Virus record (IMG/VR): IMGVR_UViG_3300036766_002289
Span: 124,001 to 188,000 of that record
Reading direction: 5' to 3' (one strand)
DNA: 64,000 nucleotides
The notes beneath the pieces were generated by a model, which made no database searches, was not told the DNA's origin, and saw nothing but the letters and a program-made list of their open reading frames with translations. This document shows, piece by piece, positions 30,107 to 40,036 of this stretch. A program made the position numbers and the translations under genes. Position 1 is the stretch's first letter, and each line of letters begins with the position of its first letter.

Positions 30107-30275
30107 CGGAAACTGTTTCTAGCTCAGACCTTAAAACAGTTACGTTCTTGTCCGCTTCGATGCCTACGCGGACCTTATTCTTGTTATCAATACGAACGAT
30201 GATAATCCTTATGTCTTTTTGGCCAGGTTGCTTGATTACGATTGATTCGTCTCTTTTTCGGCTTAATACCAACAT
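30087..30275 (-). CDS. csrA: Carbon storage regulator
   Basis: MLVLSRK..ESIVI...VRVGIEA....VLRSEL. Confidence 0.9.
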   Translation of the reverse strand: MLVLSRKRDESIVIKQPGQKDIRIIIVRIDNKNKVRVGIEADKNVTVLRSELETVSAISEDH

Positions 30276-30363
30276 TTTATTGTGTCCTTTCTTAAACTAA
30301 AAGCTCCAACATCTTTACTGGAGTAACTTTAGAAGAATTCTCTAAAAATTTCTTGATAGGGGC

Positions 30364-30391
30364 TTTACAATCCAGTTTTTCGGGCTAGTAT
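30364..30391 (+). promoter_or_regulatory. Sigma70-type promoter
   Basis: TTTACA-N16-TAGTAT. Confidence 0.5.
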
Positions 30392-30490
30392 AAGATTGTC
30401 GGATATGGACGGCAACTGAGTAAGTGATTCAAGGCTCACACGATCAAGTTGCCATAAGTTACAATGAGCCTTATAGGTTCGGAGATTACT

Positions 30491-30916
30491 ATGAGTCGTT
30501 TAGTTGAATTAGCGCAAAAGTTGGTTAAGCTCGAAGCCGAAACCACTTTCGTCAAGGCGGAACTGGTTGCTGCCCTTAGCGCAAATGCTAAGGCGAAGGC
30601 CGTTGCTGCCCCTAAGAAGGCTGCAACTCGCAAGAAGGCTGCTAAGCCTGCTGCGGACGCTACTAATGCCCCGCAAGAGGACAAGCCAAAGCGTGTTTCT
30701 CTCAAGGATGTGGTTCAGACCATTCTTGGCAAGAGTTCCGAAGGACTGGATTTAGGCGGAATCGTCGCTGAAGTACATGAAATGGTCAAGCGTGGGGAGT
30801 ACGCCACCAATGCTAAGAGTCTTTCCGCTGTTGTGTCCCAAGCGGTTAACCAACTCAAGCAAGAAGTCAAGATCAAGCATGACCGCGAGAGCAAGAAGTA
30901 TTCGCTGGCCAACTAA
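30491..30916 (+). CDS. Lys/Ala-rich DNA-binding protein with C-terminal winged-helix-like region
   Basis: AAPKKAATRKKAAK linker; helical C-terminus ending KYSL. Confidence 0.55.
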   Translation: MSRLVELAQKLVKLEAETTFVKAELVAALSANAKAKAVAAPKKAATRKKAAKPAADATNAPQEDKPKRVSLKDVVQTILGKSSEGLDLGGIVAEVHEMVKRGEYATNAKSLSAVVSQAVNQLKQEVKIKHDRESKKYSLAN

Positions 30917-30924
30917 GCAAGTTG

Positions 30925-30965
30925 AAAAATAAGCCAGTGGCAAGAATACCACTGGCTTATTTTTC
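30925..30965. terminator. Bidirectional intrinsic terminator between convergent genes
   Basis: AAAAATAAGCCAGTGG-CAAGAATA-CCACTGGCTTATTTTT. Confidence 0.88.
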
Positions 30966-31145
30966 TCCTATCACCTTTTTGAACTTAGTTTCTAACAACA
31001 ATTCCATATTGCGGATTACAGTCTTGAATGCTGCCGAACAGCCTGGATTATCAATGTTTTTTTGATAATTTGTCCAGGTGTTTTTCAAGCAGAACTGCAA
31101 AGTCTGATAATCCAAAGGTGATATAACTAATTTTAATGATGGCAT
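30957..31145 (-). CDS. Small hypothetical protein
   Basis: ORF track; coupled with the upstream gene. Confidence 0.5.
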   Translation of the reverse strand: MPSLKLVISPLDYQTLQFCLKNTWTNYQKNIDNPGCSAAFKTVIRNMELLLETKFKKVIGEK

Positions 31146-31148
31146 AAA

Positions 31149-31667
31149 TTACTCAGGAAAAAATCCTTCCATAAGAGACTTAGCTTCTGCAATTTTATCT
31201 TTCACCGTTTCTCTCGCAACCCCATAGTCCTCAAGTTTAATCGTGGCATAGAAATTAGGATTTTTCTTTGAGAAAGTTGCTCCAACAACGATAGTATTTG
31301 TTAGTAATGGGTCAATATACATTCTCCAACGTTTGTCGAATGTTCCTGTATATAATACACAATCATACCCCAATGGCAATTGATCCATCGGAACTGCGAC
31401 ATATTTCTTAGGGAAGCTAGTCTCAAGTAATTCATTTATATCTGGGGGCATAACCAACCAAAAGTAGCCTTTAGCTCCCTTTGACACCAAAACATTAGTC
31501 GCTTCTCTTAGTTTCGTATAAAGACCTTCATGCTTTGGTTCGCTGAAACAATGCCAATTAGTTGTTAAATGTGTTCCTGCTTGAGCTAAGATTAAATCTA
31601 CTAATTGGTGAGTAAAAAACTCATCTTTTGGGCCTTCTATATCTTCTGGCAAATTAACTCTACGCAT
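31149..31667 (-). CDS. Short paralog of T4 gp23-like major capsid protein C-terminal region
   Basis: GAKGYFWLVMPPDINELLE and YTGTFDKRWRMYIDP...IVVG resemble gp23 motifs. Confidence 0.5.
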   Translation of the reverse strand: MRRVNLPEDIEGPKDEFFTHQLVDLILAQAGTHLTTNWHCFSEPKHEGLYTKLREATNVLVSKGAKGYFWLVMPPDINELLETSFPKKYVAVPMDQLPLGYDCVLYTGTFDKRWRMYIDPLLTNTIVVGATFSKKNPNFYATIKLEDYGVARETVKDKIAEAKSLMEGFFPE

Positions 31668-32305
31668 TTTTCTCCCTCTTCGTTTAAGTAACTGATTAAT
31701 TTATCGCACTTTAATTTTATTTCTTTTTTATTGTCCCCTAATTTCCCAAGTAAAGTATTACATAACTCGCACAATAATCCCCTAATCTGTTTTGTGCGAT
31801 GACAGTGATCTACCGCTAACGACCGTTTGTTAGTTTTATTTTTACCACAAATGGCACAGCCATAATTTTGTTCCTTTAAAATATGATTGTATTCTTCTAA
31901 AGTTATTCCATATTTCTTTTGTAGGTCTTTGGATTTCATGCAAGCACGACACGAAGAGGCAACTTTATCTTTGCAATGATTGTTTAAACTAAAATCTTCT
32001 TGTGGTTTTACACTTAAACAATTGGCGCATTTTTTGAATCCATCCTTTAAAAAAGAACCTTTTTGTTTTAGTTCACGTCGGTAACAGCCGCATGAGCTAG
32101 TGCCGTTGCCCAAGTCGGTCAGCATAACATCTTTTGTATTTCCACAAGTGCAAACACAAGTCACATGGTATTTACCTTCACAATGTTTTGATACATTATA
32201 TTTCCTAAAAGGTTTATTAATTACTTTGAGACGACCGTATGTGCTGCCAATTAGTATTTTGTCATATAATAGATTTCTCATACTAACATTATAGTTGGTT
32301 TTCAT
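31637..32305 (-). CDS. Recombination endonuclease VII-like homing endonuclease
   Basis: KYGIT, CAICG, LAVDHCH, RGLLCELCN. Confidence 0.85.
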   Translation of the reverse strand: MKTNYNVSMRNLLYDKILIGSTYGRLKVINKPFRKYNVSKHCEGKYHVTCVCTCGNTKDVMLTDLGNGTSSCGCYRRELKQKGSFLKDGFKKCANCLSVKPQEDFSLNNHCKDKVASSCRACMKSKDLQKKYGITLEEYNHILKEQNYGCAICGKNKTNKRSLAVDHCHRTKQIRGLLCELCNTLLGKLGDNKKEIKLKCDKLISYLNEEGEKCVELICQKI

Positions 32306-32311
32306 TAAATT

Positions 32312-32875
32312 TTATAAATTTTTACTAGAAAGCATCAGATTTTTAACATTCTTGTTACAGAAACCGTGAGTGGTTCTGTTTATAAATTCATATACAACAC
32401 CTGTCAATTCTGAAGGTTTTGTAAAAATCTGAGTAAGCGGTGGGTCTTCACATTTCAAAGGCTTTTCACTCGTAAATTCAGCATAGCCTTTATCTTTCCA
32501 CTCTTTCATTTTAGCTTCAACATCTTCAACCTGATAAGCAATATGGTGAACACCCCCAATCCCACTTCTTGCAGCAACCCATTCCCCAACAATGCTTCCA
32601 GGTTCTCCGTCACTAACGAATATTTCAGGTGGTGTATGGTATTCTGGGAGCGAAGCCATTTGTTGTATAGCTAAGTCATCCCGACATGGCCCTTCAACAG
32701 ACCACAAAGAATACGCAGTTTTCTCTGGTGGTTCCAGAGCAATGCAATCTGCGTGAGTTCCGTCATCAAAATCTATGGTAAATTCTTCCTGGATAGTGTA
32801 TCCTAGTGCGTCGATAAAAAACTGAGCGGTCTTTTTTCTATCGGCAACTCTGTATGCAATGTGGTCAAGGCGCAT
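32312..32875 (-). CDS. VOC/glyoxalase family protein resembling the HPPD C-terminal domain
   Basis: LDHIAY, GVHHIAYQV, LTQIFT, YEFINR..GF. Confidence 0.75.
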   Translation of the reverse strand: MRLDHIAYRVADRKKTAQFFIDALGYTIQEEFTIDFDDGTHADCIALEPPEKTAYSLWSVEGPCRDDLAIQQMASLPEYHTPPEIFVSDGEPGSIVGEWVAARSGIGGVHHIAYQVEDVEAKMKEWKDKGYAEFTSEKPLKCEDPPLTQIFTKPSELTGVVYEFINRTTHGFCNKNVKNLMLSSKNL

Positions 32876-32915
32876 ATATGTTCTCCTTGTATTATACTAG
32901 TAATGGATCAAAATT

Positions 32916-33788
32916 ATGAATTTTAAATTAACTACTTTTTTAGGCGTGCCACTTAGATTAAATCTATTTACTTTACTATTTGTAGCCTATTTGTATTTTT
33001 CTACGCCGAGTCAACAAGTCATAGATGGAATGGTAATTCCACATCTTGACATTTTGGCGGCTGGTGGCTTTTGCATAATGCTATTTTTTGTAATTTTACA
33101 TGAATATGGACATTGCTGGATGGCACAAAAAGTAGGGTGGAAAGTATATGATGTTACGATATATCCTATTGGTGGCATAGCTAGCATGGATTTTAAATAT
33201 AGCAACCCAATTCAAGAAATTCTTGTGATTGTTGCTGGACCTGCGGTCAACCTAATACTAGCTGGAATTTTTTCAGTGTGCCTAATTTCTTCTTATCTGA
33301 TAAACAAAGATGCGATTATACCCATAATTGTTTTCTTCATGCTTATGGTCATGAATTTGTTCATCATGGGATTTAATCTTTTGCCCATTTACCCTATGGA
33401 TGGTGGCAGGATTCTACGTGCATTACTTGCGTTTAAATTAGGACATAGAAAAGCAACTTGGTGGGCAGTTAAAACTGGACAATGTTTAGGTGTTGGTCTC
33501 ATTATTCTTGCGTTCTGTTTTAGTTATTATATTACTGGCATTATATTAGGATTTATTTTAATTCAATCGCAAGCTGAAATCTCTGATTCAAACATTATCG
33601 TTGGTTTACAAAATATTCGAATAAATACAGCAAAAATACTAGATAAACCCGAACTAGCAAAAGCCACTTTACCTGAATTAATCTCAGCCTTGGAAGCTGT
33701 GAAAGATGAAGAAACAAAAGAAAAAATACCACTTGATGAATTATTACCGCTACTCAAGGATTTGCAGGCAGACGGCATAACCATTTGA
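32916..33788 (+). CDS. Site-2 protease (M50)
   Basis: HEYGH, AGPAVN, NLLPIYPMDGGR; transmembrane segments. Confidence 0.92.
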   Translation: MNFKLTTFLGVPLRLNLFTLLFVAYLYFSTPSQQVIDGMVIPHLDILAAGGFCIMLFFVILHEYGHCWMAQKVGWKVYDVTIYPIGGIASMDFKYSNPIQEILVIVAGPAVNLILAGIFSVCLISSYLINKDAIIPIIVFFMLMVMNLFIMGFNLLPIYPMDGGRILRALLAFKLGHRKATWWAVKTGQCLGVGLIILAFCFSYYITGIILGFILIQSQAEISDSNIIVGLQNIRINTAKILDKPELAKATLPELISALEAVKDEETKEKIPLDELLPLLKDLQADGITI

Positions 33789-33812
33789 CAATTCAGGATT
33801 TCGTAGTATAGT
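33785..33812 (+). promoter_or_regulatory. Sigma70-type promoter for clpX
   Basis: TTGACA-N16-TATAGT. Confidence 0.7.
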
Positions 33813-33853
33813 AGACGGGGGAACGTTTAACAATTCAGGCATAAGGAGATTCA

Positions 33854-35158
33854 ATGGGGACGCGAGGAAAAAGGAAAATTAGTCGTTATTGTGATTTTTG
33901 TTCAAGGTCAGAAGATGAGGCAGGACGCTTGGTGGAAGGTCCAGGTGGTCCTAATCATGGGAAAATGGAAGGTGAATTTACATCCTACATCTGTGGGAAA
34001 TGTCTGGATGCCTGTACACGGCTTCTACAAACCAAACCTGTTATCCATACCCCTACCAAAATCCCTAATCCAAAAGAATTGGTAGCCAAACTCAATCAAC
34101 ATGTCATCGGCCAAGATCGTGCCAAGAAAGTCTTAGCCGTTGCTGTGTCTAACCACTATAAGCGACTGATCGACGAAGATTACGTAAGACAAACTAAGAA
34201 TTCTTTAGACCCCCTTGATTCCGTCGTTATTGATAAGAGCAATATCCTTATGCTCGGGCCTACAGGTTGTGGTAAAACCTTATTGTGCCAAACCTTAGCA
34301 ACCTTACTTGACGTTCCTTTTGCCATTGGTGACGCAACTACTTTGACGGAAGCAGGTTACGTTGGCGAAGACGTTGAAAACCTGTTGCTTCGTTTGATCC
34401 ATGCTGCCGATTTTGATATTGAGAAGGCTCAAACTGGCATCATTTATATTGATGAAATTGATAAGATCGGCAAGACTAGCCAGAATGTCTCTATTACGCG
34501 AGATGTTTCTGGTGAAGGTGTTCAGCAAGCCTTACTTAAGATGCTTGAAGGAACAATTGCCAACGTACCACCAACTGGTGGCCGTAAGCATCCTGAGCAA
34601 CAGTACTTGCAAATTGACACTACTAATATCTTATTCATCTGTGGTGGTGCGTTCGTTGGGCTGGAAGATATTGTGGGGCAAAGACTTGGGAAGAAAAGCA
34701 TTGGATTCGGTGTTACCCTAGAAGATCATGATTACGATGAGAAAAAGAAGCGTGATTGGTTACTGGCTCGCACAACTCCAGATGATTTGATTCATTTTGG
34801 GTTAATTCCTGAATTGGTAGGACGTATGCCAGTTATTGCCCCATTGAACGAATTGAATGAAGAGTCTTTGATTAAGGTTCTTACTGAGCCTAAGAGCGCA
34901 TTGCTCAAGCAATATGCTAAGTTGTTTCGCTATAACAACGCAAAGCTCGAATTCTCGGAAGGGGCAATTCGAGAAATTGCAAAAAAAGCTATCAAGCTTA
35001 ATACTGGTGCCAGAGCATTACGTGGGGTCGTTGAAGACTTAATGCTTGAATGGCAGTATGAATTGGAAGATGGTAAGGGGCAGACTTACATTGTTACTGA
35101 GGAAGTAGTCAAGGGCGAAAAACCTTTGGTGGCCGAAGCAACTAAGGAAGCTGCATAG
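33854..35158 (+). CDS. clpX: ATP-dependent Clp protease ATP-binding subunit
   Basis: C4 zinc finger, [26 protein letters not shown] loop. Confidence 0.96.
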   Translation: MGTRGKRKISRYCDFCSRSEDEAGRLVEGPGGPNHGKMEGEFTSYICGKCLDACTRLLQTKPVIHTPTKIPNPKELVAKLNQHVIGQDRAKKVLAVAVSNHYKRLIDEDYVRQTKNSLDPLDSVVIDKSNILMLGPTGCGKTLLCQTLATLLDVPFAIGDATTLTEAGYVGEDVENLLLRLIHAADFDIEKAQTGIIYIDEIDKIGKTSQNVSITRDVSGEGVQQALLKMLEGTIANVPPTGGRKHPEQQYLQIDTTNILFICGGAFVGLEDIVGQRLGKKSIGFGVTLEDHDYDEKKKRDWLLARTTPDDLIHFGLIPELVGRMPVIAPLNELNEESLIKVLTEPKSALLKQYAKLFRYNNAKLEFSEGAIREIAKKAIKLNTGARALRGVVEDLMLEWQYELEDGKGQTYIVTEEVVKGEKPLVAEATKEAA

Positions 35159-35280
35159 CTTAGTTGTACCAGTGAATCTTGCATTGGCTTGGGTACAAAC
35201 GGTTTATGGTATAGGGCGAAAGCCTACCGTTCTAGTGGCTGTAAACGCTAGATATTGCACTTAGGCCAATGCAATTTTTA
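35155..35280 (+). ncRNA. Candidate structured leader RNA or attenuator (unknown class)
   Basis: 16-bp outer stem 35179-35194/35259-35274, GAAA-capped hairpin, second hairpin, U-tract; begins with the conserved box. Confidence 0.5.
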
Positions 35281-35294
35281 TTTTGGAGTTTACT

Positions 35295-35951
35295 ATGAAG
35301 ATTTGTGCTATTTCTGACCAGCACGGCAATTTGCCAAAAATTCCTTCTTGCGACCTTTTCCTTATCGCAGGCGATATTTGTCCAGCCACCAACCATAGTG
35401 TAGATTTTCAGGAATATTGGTTAGAAACCCAATTCAAGAATTGGTTAAAGGATGTTGATGCCAAGGAAAAGGTTTATATCTGCGGCAACCATGATTTCTT
35501 TTTCGAGAAAGCTTCAAAAAATAGGATTCAAAAAGCTTTAGAGAAGATTCCTGGTATTTACCTTCAAGACTCTAGCACAGAATTTGATGGCTTAAATATT
35601 TACGGAACACCTTGGCAACCATACTTTTTCGATTGGGCATTTAACCTTTATGAGAATGATTTAAAGAAAAAATGGGAATTAATTCCTAAGAACACTGATG
35701 TTCTTATTGTGCATGGTCCGCCTAGCACCTACGGTGATTATGCACCGCGTCCAAAAGGTAAAGGTGGGGAGCATACAGGTTCGCCTTCTCTACTGGGAAA
35801 AATTAAGGAAATTGAGCCGAAGCTCTGCGTTTTCGGTCACATCCACGAGGGACGTGGAGAGTGGGACTTAGACAAAACTAAGTTGGCCAATGTTACCATC
35901 TTAGATGGTAAGTATCAGATGGTTCATGAACCCTGGATTTACAACTTATAA
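35295..35951 (+). CDS. Metallophosphoesterase (MPPED-like)
   Basis: SDQHG, AGD, GNHD, HGPP, FGHIHE. Confidence 0.88.
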   Translation: MKICAISDQHGNLPKIPSCDLFLIAGDICPATNHSVDFQEYWLETQFKNWLKDVDAKEKVYICGNHDFFFEKASKNRIQKALEKIPGIYLQDSSTEFDGLNIYGTPWQPYFFDWAFNLYENDLKKKWELIPKNTDVLIVHGPPSTYGDYAPRPKGKGGEHTGSPSLLGKIKEIEPKLCVFGHIHEGRGEWDLDKTKLANVTILDGKYQMVHEPWIYNL

Positions 35952-35952
35952 T

Positions 35953-36264
35953 ATGCCACTTTTATTTGTCCATGAATGTCATAATACCATTCTCAAAGGA
36001 TCATTAGTCTCAAAAGCTAATACCTTTCCACGTTATAGAATGTATGATTATCATGGTAGTCCAGTTTTGAAAGAAGAGAAATCTGGCACTGCCATTTATG
36101 GGGAATTATGGTTTGTGCATAACTTTGATGACCTAGATCGGTTTGAGTCAAATATTTATAAGCGAGAGTTGATATTTTTAGAAAACCCCTGTGTGTTTGC
36201 TTATGCATATCTATTTAACCAGTCTGTTGAAGGGCTGTTAGAACATGGACACCAAATTAACTGA
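35953..36264 (+). CDS. Gamma-glutamylcyclotransferase-like protein (N-terminal YG motif absent)
   Basis: IYGELW, LDRFE, YKR, AYAY. Confidence 0.55.
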   Translation: MPLLFVHECHNTILKGSLVSKANTFPRYRMYDYHGSPVLKEEKSGTAIYGELWFVHNFDDLDRFESNIYKRELIFLENPCVFAYAYLFNQSVEGLLEHGHQIN

Positions 36265-37072
36265 AAGACAGTTGGAATATATTTGGCATATAAAGGATTT
36301 TGATTCCGCTCGTAAAACAAAAATTATAATGGGCGAGATGCCAGATTACGAACTCTATCTTGCTGCCAAGCAGAAACTTCATAACAGGAAAACTCCTTAT
36401 GAATATAGCTTCATGAATATAGAACCGCTATTATCGAGGGAACAAGAACAGCACTTATTCCGTCAGTACAATTACTTAAAGTATAAGTACAAGCAATCTA
36501 CTGAGGAAGAGATTAAAACGATCTTAGACAAGATTAAGGTTGTCAGAGACATTCTGACGTATGCTAATACTAGGTTGGTAATTACTGTTCTTAAAAAGCA
36601 AAAATATATAGATTTTGAAATTGCTTTGAGTGACGGAATCTATGGCCTCGTTGATGCAATTGACTTATTTGATTTCCGTAAAGGTATTAAATTTAGCACT
36701 TATGCGTATTGGGCCATTATGAGTAAAATAAGAACTTTTAGTCAAATAGAACTTGGCGAAAAGATTCACATCACTAGTAATCAGGACATAGCTTTAGAAG
36801 ATAGTCCAGATGAAGAGTGTAACGACGTTGAGCATAACGAAAATTGCAGGATTGTTGATGACATTCTTTCTACTCTTGCAGAGCGAGAGAAAATGATAAT
36901 TACTTATTATTATGGCCTGAAGAATGTACGAAGATTAGGACTGCGAGAAATTAGTAAACGATTCAAAATTAGCAAAGAAAGAGTGAGGCAGATTAAGGAC
37001 GCTGGACTCCATAAGCTCAAACTAACGGAGTTAAGAAAATATGAAGAAAAAAGGCTATCATTACATACTTGA
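36245..37072 (+). CDS. Sigma-70 family RNA polymerase sigma factor
   Basis: Region 2 GLVDAIDLFDFRKGIKFSTYAYWAI; region 4 ISKERVRQI. Confidence 0.92.
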   Translation: MDTKLTERQLEYIWHIKDFDSARKTKIIMGEMPDYELYLAAKQKLHNRKTPYEYSFMNIEPLLSREQEQHLFRQYNYLKYKYKQSTEEEIKTILDKIKVVRDILTYANTRLVITVLKKQKYIDFEIALSDGIYGLVDAIDLFDFRKGIKFSTYAYWAIMSKIRTFSQIELGEKIHITSNQDIALEDSPDEECNDVEHNENCRIVDDILSTLAEREKMIITYYYGLKNVRRLGLREISKRFKISKERVRQIKDAGLHKLKLTELRKYEEKRLSLHT

Positions 37073-37826
37073 AAGTCCGCAATATCAGAACTGTGAAGTG
37101 CTTAATCCAGATGGGCACCTCATGTTCCGTTGTTCATACAAAAAAGCCAATTGGTACCTCGAAAGAAATCTAGCCGTCAAGTTGAAGGATGAACCATTAG
37201 TTGTCAAATTGCTATTTACTCCTAATGGTAATGGGCATATTGGCGACCCATATCATTTACAAGTAATGCAGAATAAATGCGCAGTATGTGGGAATGCTGA
37301 GGATTTAACTAGGCATCATATAGTTCCCTATTGTTATAGGCGATACTTCCCAGATGAAATCAAGAATCATCGTGCTTATGATGTGATGGCAATGTGTACT
37401 AATTGTCACCATGCTTATGAAACTCAAGCGGAGTGTCTTAAAAAAGAAATTGGAGAAGAATATGGGATGCCAGTTGGCGGCATGGGTGCCAAATATGACA
37501 AGAAATCTGCTGGGGCTAAAACGGCGGCACATGCAATTTTACAACATGCATCAAAGATGCCCCCTGCAAGATTAGAGGAACTATATGAACGTGTGCGTGT
37601 TCATTTAGGAAGGGAGGCAACCATAGACGACTTACAACAATTAACTAATAAAAACTTACATGATTTTAGAGACTATGTACATCATGGCAAGTATGTAGTG
37701 AGCAAAATTCCCACCGATGGGATTGAAGAATTTATCAGAAGGTGGCGTAAGCATTTTTTGGAAACTATGCAACCAAGGTTCATGCCAAATAATTGGACGG
37801 TAGAGCGTTCAGTTTGGCATAAGTAG
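37041..37826 (+). CDS. HNH protein resembling the EXD2 C-terminal domain
   Basis: NCEVLNPDG..MFRCS.KKANWYL, CAVCG, RHHIVPYCYR, CTNCH. Confidence 0.65.
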   Translation: MKKKGYHYILESPQYQNCEVLNPDGHLMFRCSYKKANWYLERNLAVKLKDEPLVVKLLFTPNGNGHIGDPYHLQVMQNKCAVCGNAEDLTRHHIVPYCYRRYFPDEIKNHRAYDVMAMCTNCHHAYETQAECLKKEIGEEYGMPVGGMGAKYDKKSAGAKTAAHAILQHASKMPPARLEELYERVRVHLGREATIDDLQQLTNKNLHDFRDYVHHGKYVVSKIPTDGIEEFIRRWRKHFLETMQPRFMPNNWTVERSVWHK

Positions 37827-37831
37827 GCTAC

Positions 37832-37859
37832 TTTACATTGTCAGAATTCGTGGTATACT
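37832..37859 (+). promoter_or_regulatory. Sigma70-type promoter for the PARP operon
   Basis: TTTACA-N16-TATACT. Confidence 0.7.
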
Positions 37860-37951
37860 AAGGGAGATGCCAAATAATTTTAGGAATTAACTTAACTTAA
37901 ACTAAGAATTTTACGATTTAACTAATAACGATTATTAACAGGTGAAATACA

Positions 37952-39583
37952 ATGGCTAAATTAGAAAAGAACGAGTATCCCCGTAATTCTTCGGCAGATG
38001 ATTTTCAGTGTTTTGGACCGCCAGCAACAGAAGACGGTCAGTTTGACACATGTAAAATCGCTGACCTTGGCTGCTTTACCCAAGACGGTAAAGACAGTAA
38101 TAAGTATTACCATGCTGCTGTAGTTCAGCATAAAAAGACTAAAGCATGGTTTGTATATTTTCAATGGGGTCGCACAGGAGCAACCAATCCCACATTTCAA
38201 TTCGTTGAATGTGGTGGCGAATCCGATGCACAACGCACTTTTGCCGCACAACTCCATGATAAAAACGATAAACGTGGTCAATGGACTACTGTAGCTGGAA
38301 TCCGCACGCTTCAAGCCAAACCTAATAAGGATTGTTATCTAGTCCGTGCTATGGCAACTCGTTCAGTCGGCTTACCAGACGCTAAAACCATTAAGGTTAA
38401 TGAAGGTGCAAAAGTTACTGCCGCACCTACCAGCAAATCTGATTCAAAGATTGACAATCATACATTGCGTTTAATGCGGGACTTGAACGTGGCAACAGTG
38501 TCTTATACTCGTGGTGTTATGGCAGATGATTCTCTACCTACACAAAAGTCTATTGATGAAGCACGTCAGATTCTCCAAGAAGCGCAGAAGCGACTTGTGG
38601 TTGTTGGTAACAACGTAAATCATCAAGTAGCCGATAGTGATTTGAATCAACTCACAAGGCTGATGTATAGCCGTATTCCTAAGAAAAAGGCTTTACATTG
38701 TGCGGCTCATGAGTGGATTCTGAATAAGGACAATATTTTTTCTTGGACGGCGGACTTAGACGCATTCGAATCAGCCCTTTACGTAACTGACATTGAAGAT
38801 TCCAAGCAGACTGAAGATGTGTTTGCTGGTATGCCAATTACTATGGAATGGGTCGATCCCACTTCTATTGCTGGAAAATTTGCATATAATTGGTGGCCGA
38901 AAGCAACTGCAAATCGGCACGGTGGTCTTGGTAAGATGACAATTAAAAATCTTTGGCGTGTCCAACGCCGTGGCGATGGGCACGGTGGTCTTGGTAAGAT
39001 GACAATTAAAAATCTTTGGCGTGTCCAACGCCGTGGCGATGACACGAAGCTTTATAGCTGCCAAGATTCGGTATTAAAGGAAAAACCTTCTATTAAGGAA
39101 CGTCCTTTATTCCAACCCGAACGTTCCGATTTGCAGGACAATTCATTGATTAAGAAGTATACGGACACCAATACTTCTCTTCTATTTCATGGCACTCGCT
39201 CCGTTAATGTTCCTGGTATTCTTCGTGAAAACCTACGTCTTCCAAAGCAATTGGTTGGTGTTGTTATCACTGGTGCCATGTTCGGTCCTGGTATTTATTG
39301 GGCTGACGATTGGAAAAAGAGCGCTGGTTACACCTCATTAAGGGGTTCTTATTGGTCGTCTGGTGATGGAAGTGTCAAGAATCGTGACGCCTTCATGTTT
39401 GCTGGCGATGTTGTTCTTGGTAATCCTTATGTAGCACCATATTCTGGTGGTTATACGTCACCTCCTAAAGGTCATCATAGTGTCTATGGTAAGGCTGGAA
39501 AGAGTGGCGTTCAGAATAATGAATTCATTATTTACGATACTAAACAGTATCAGCTTCGTTATTTAATCGAATTTGCAGCATAA
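37952..39583 (+). CDS. WGR-domain poly(ADP-ribose) polymerase-like protein
   Basis: FQWGRTG; LFHGTR, GAMFGPGIYWA, GYTS, NNEFIIY (H-Y-E triad). Confidence 0.9.
   Translation: MAKLEKNEYPRNSSADDFQCFGPPATEDGQFDTCKIADLGCFTQDGKDSNKYYHAAVVQHKKTKAWFVYFQWGRTGATNPTFQFVECGGESDAQRTFAAQLHDKNDKRGQWTTVAGIRTLQAKPNKDCYLVRAMATRSVGLPDAKTIKVNEGAKVTAAPTSKSDSKIDNHTLRLMRDLNVATVSYTRGVMADDSLPTQKSIDEARQILQEAQKRLVVVGNNVNHQVADSDLNQLTRLMYSRIPKKKALHCAAHEWILNKDNIFSWTADLDAFESALYVTDIEDSKQTEDVFAGMPITMEWVDPTSIAGKFAYNWWPKATANRHGGLGKMTIKNLWRVQRRGDGHGGLGKMTIKNLWRVQRRGDDTKLYSCQDSVLKEKPSIKERPLFQPERSDLQDNSLIKKYTDTNTSLLFHGTRSVNVPGILRENLRLPKQLVGVVITGAMFGPGIYWADDWKKSAGYTSLRGSYWSSGDGSVKNRDAFMFAGDVVLGNPYVAPYSGGYTSPPKGHHSVYGKAGKSGVQNNEFIIYDTKQYQLRYLIEFAA
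38916..39041. repeat. Perfect 63-bp in-frame tandem duplication
   Basis: HGGLGKMTIKNLWRVQRRGD is encoded twice by identical DNA. Confidence 0.95.
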
Positions 39584-39593
39584 GGAGGAAATT

Positions 39594-40016
39594 ATGGGCA
39601 TTGATTATTCAGCATGTTCAATCATTGGTGTGATGATTCCAAATCCTTACGTCAAAGTGCAAGAGCGTGGTTGCCATCATGCCGAGAAGAAGGCTAAGTT
39701 TTGTCCTGAATGTGGCAAACCAATGTATGAGGAGCAAAAGAGGCAGCATCCTATCATTGAGGTACTGGATGATTATCGCAGTGAAAAGACGACAAAACTT
39801 AAATTAATTTGGTCCACCGATCAAGGTGAAGCCTATGTTGGCTTTTTCAAGGGTGAATCAGATGGTAGCAGAAGTGGTGGTGCCCGTGCTGGGCTTAAAG
39901 TTGATCTTCCTGATATCAATATTCAGGAATTGAAAAGTGCCTTACGAAAAGAACTGAAAGAACTTTATAACGAAAATAACTTTGGATTATGGACTGTACT
40001 TTACTGTAGTTACTAA
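39594..40016 (+). CDS. Hypothetical protein with CPECG Zn-ribbon
   Basis: AGGAGG ribosome-binding site; operonic with PARP. Confidence 0.65.
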   Translation: MGIDYSACSIIGVMIPNPYVKVQERGCHHAEKKAKFCPECGKPMYEEQKRQHPIIEVLDDYRSEKTTKLKLIWSTDQGEAYVGFFKGESDGSRSGGARAGLKVDLPDINIQELKSALRKELKELYNENNFGLWTVLYCSY

Positions 40017-40036
40017 ACAAAAAAGGAGAAAGAACT

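Noticed and set aside
35232-35251. tRNA-Tyr anticodon arm (CTGTAAA) within the structured RNA
   Set aside because: The loop is 8 nt and no D, T or acceptor arms flank it.
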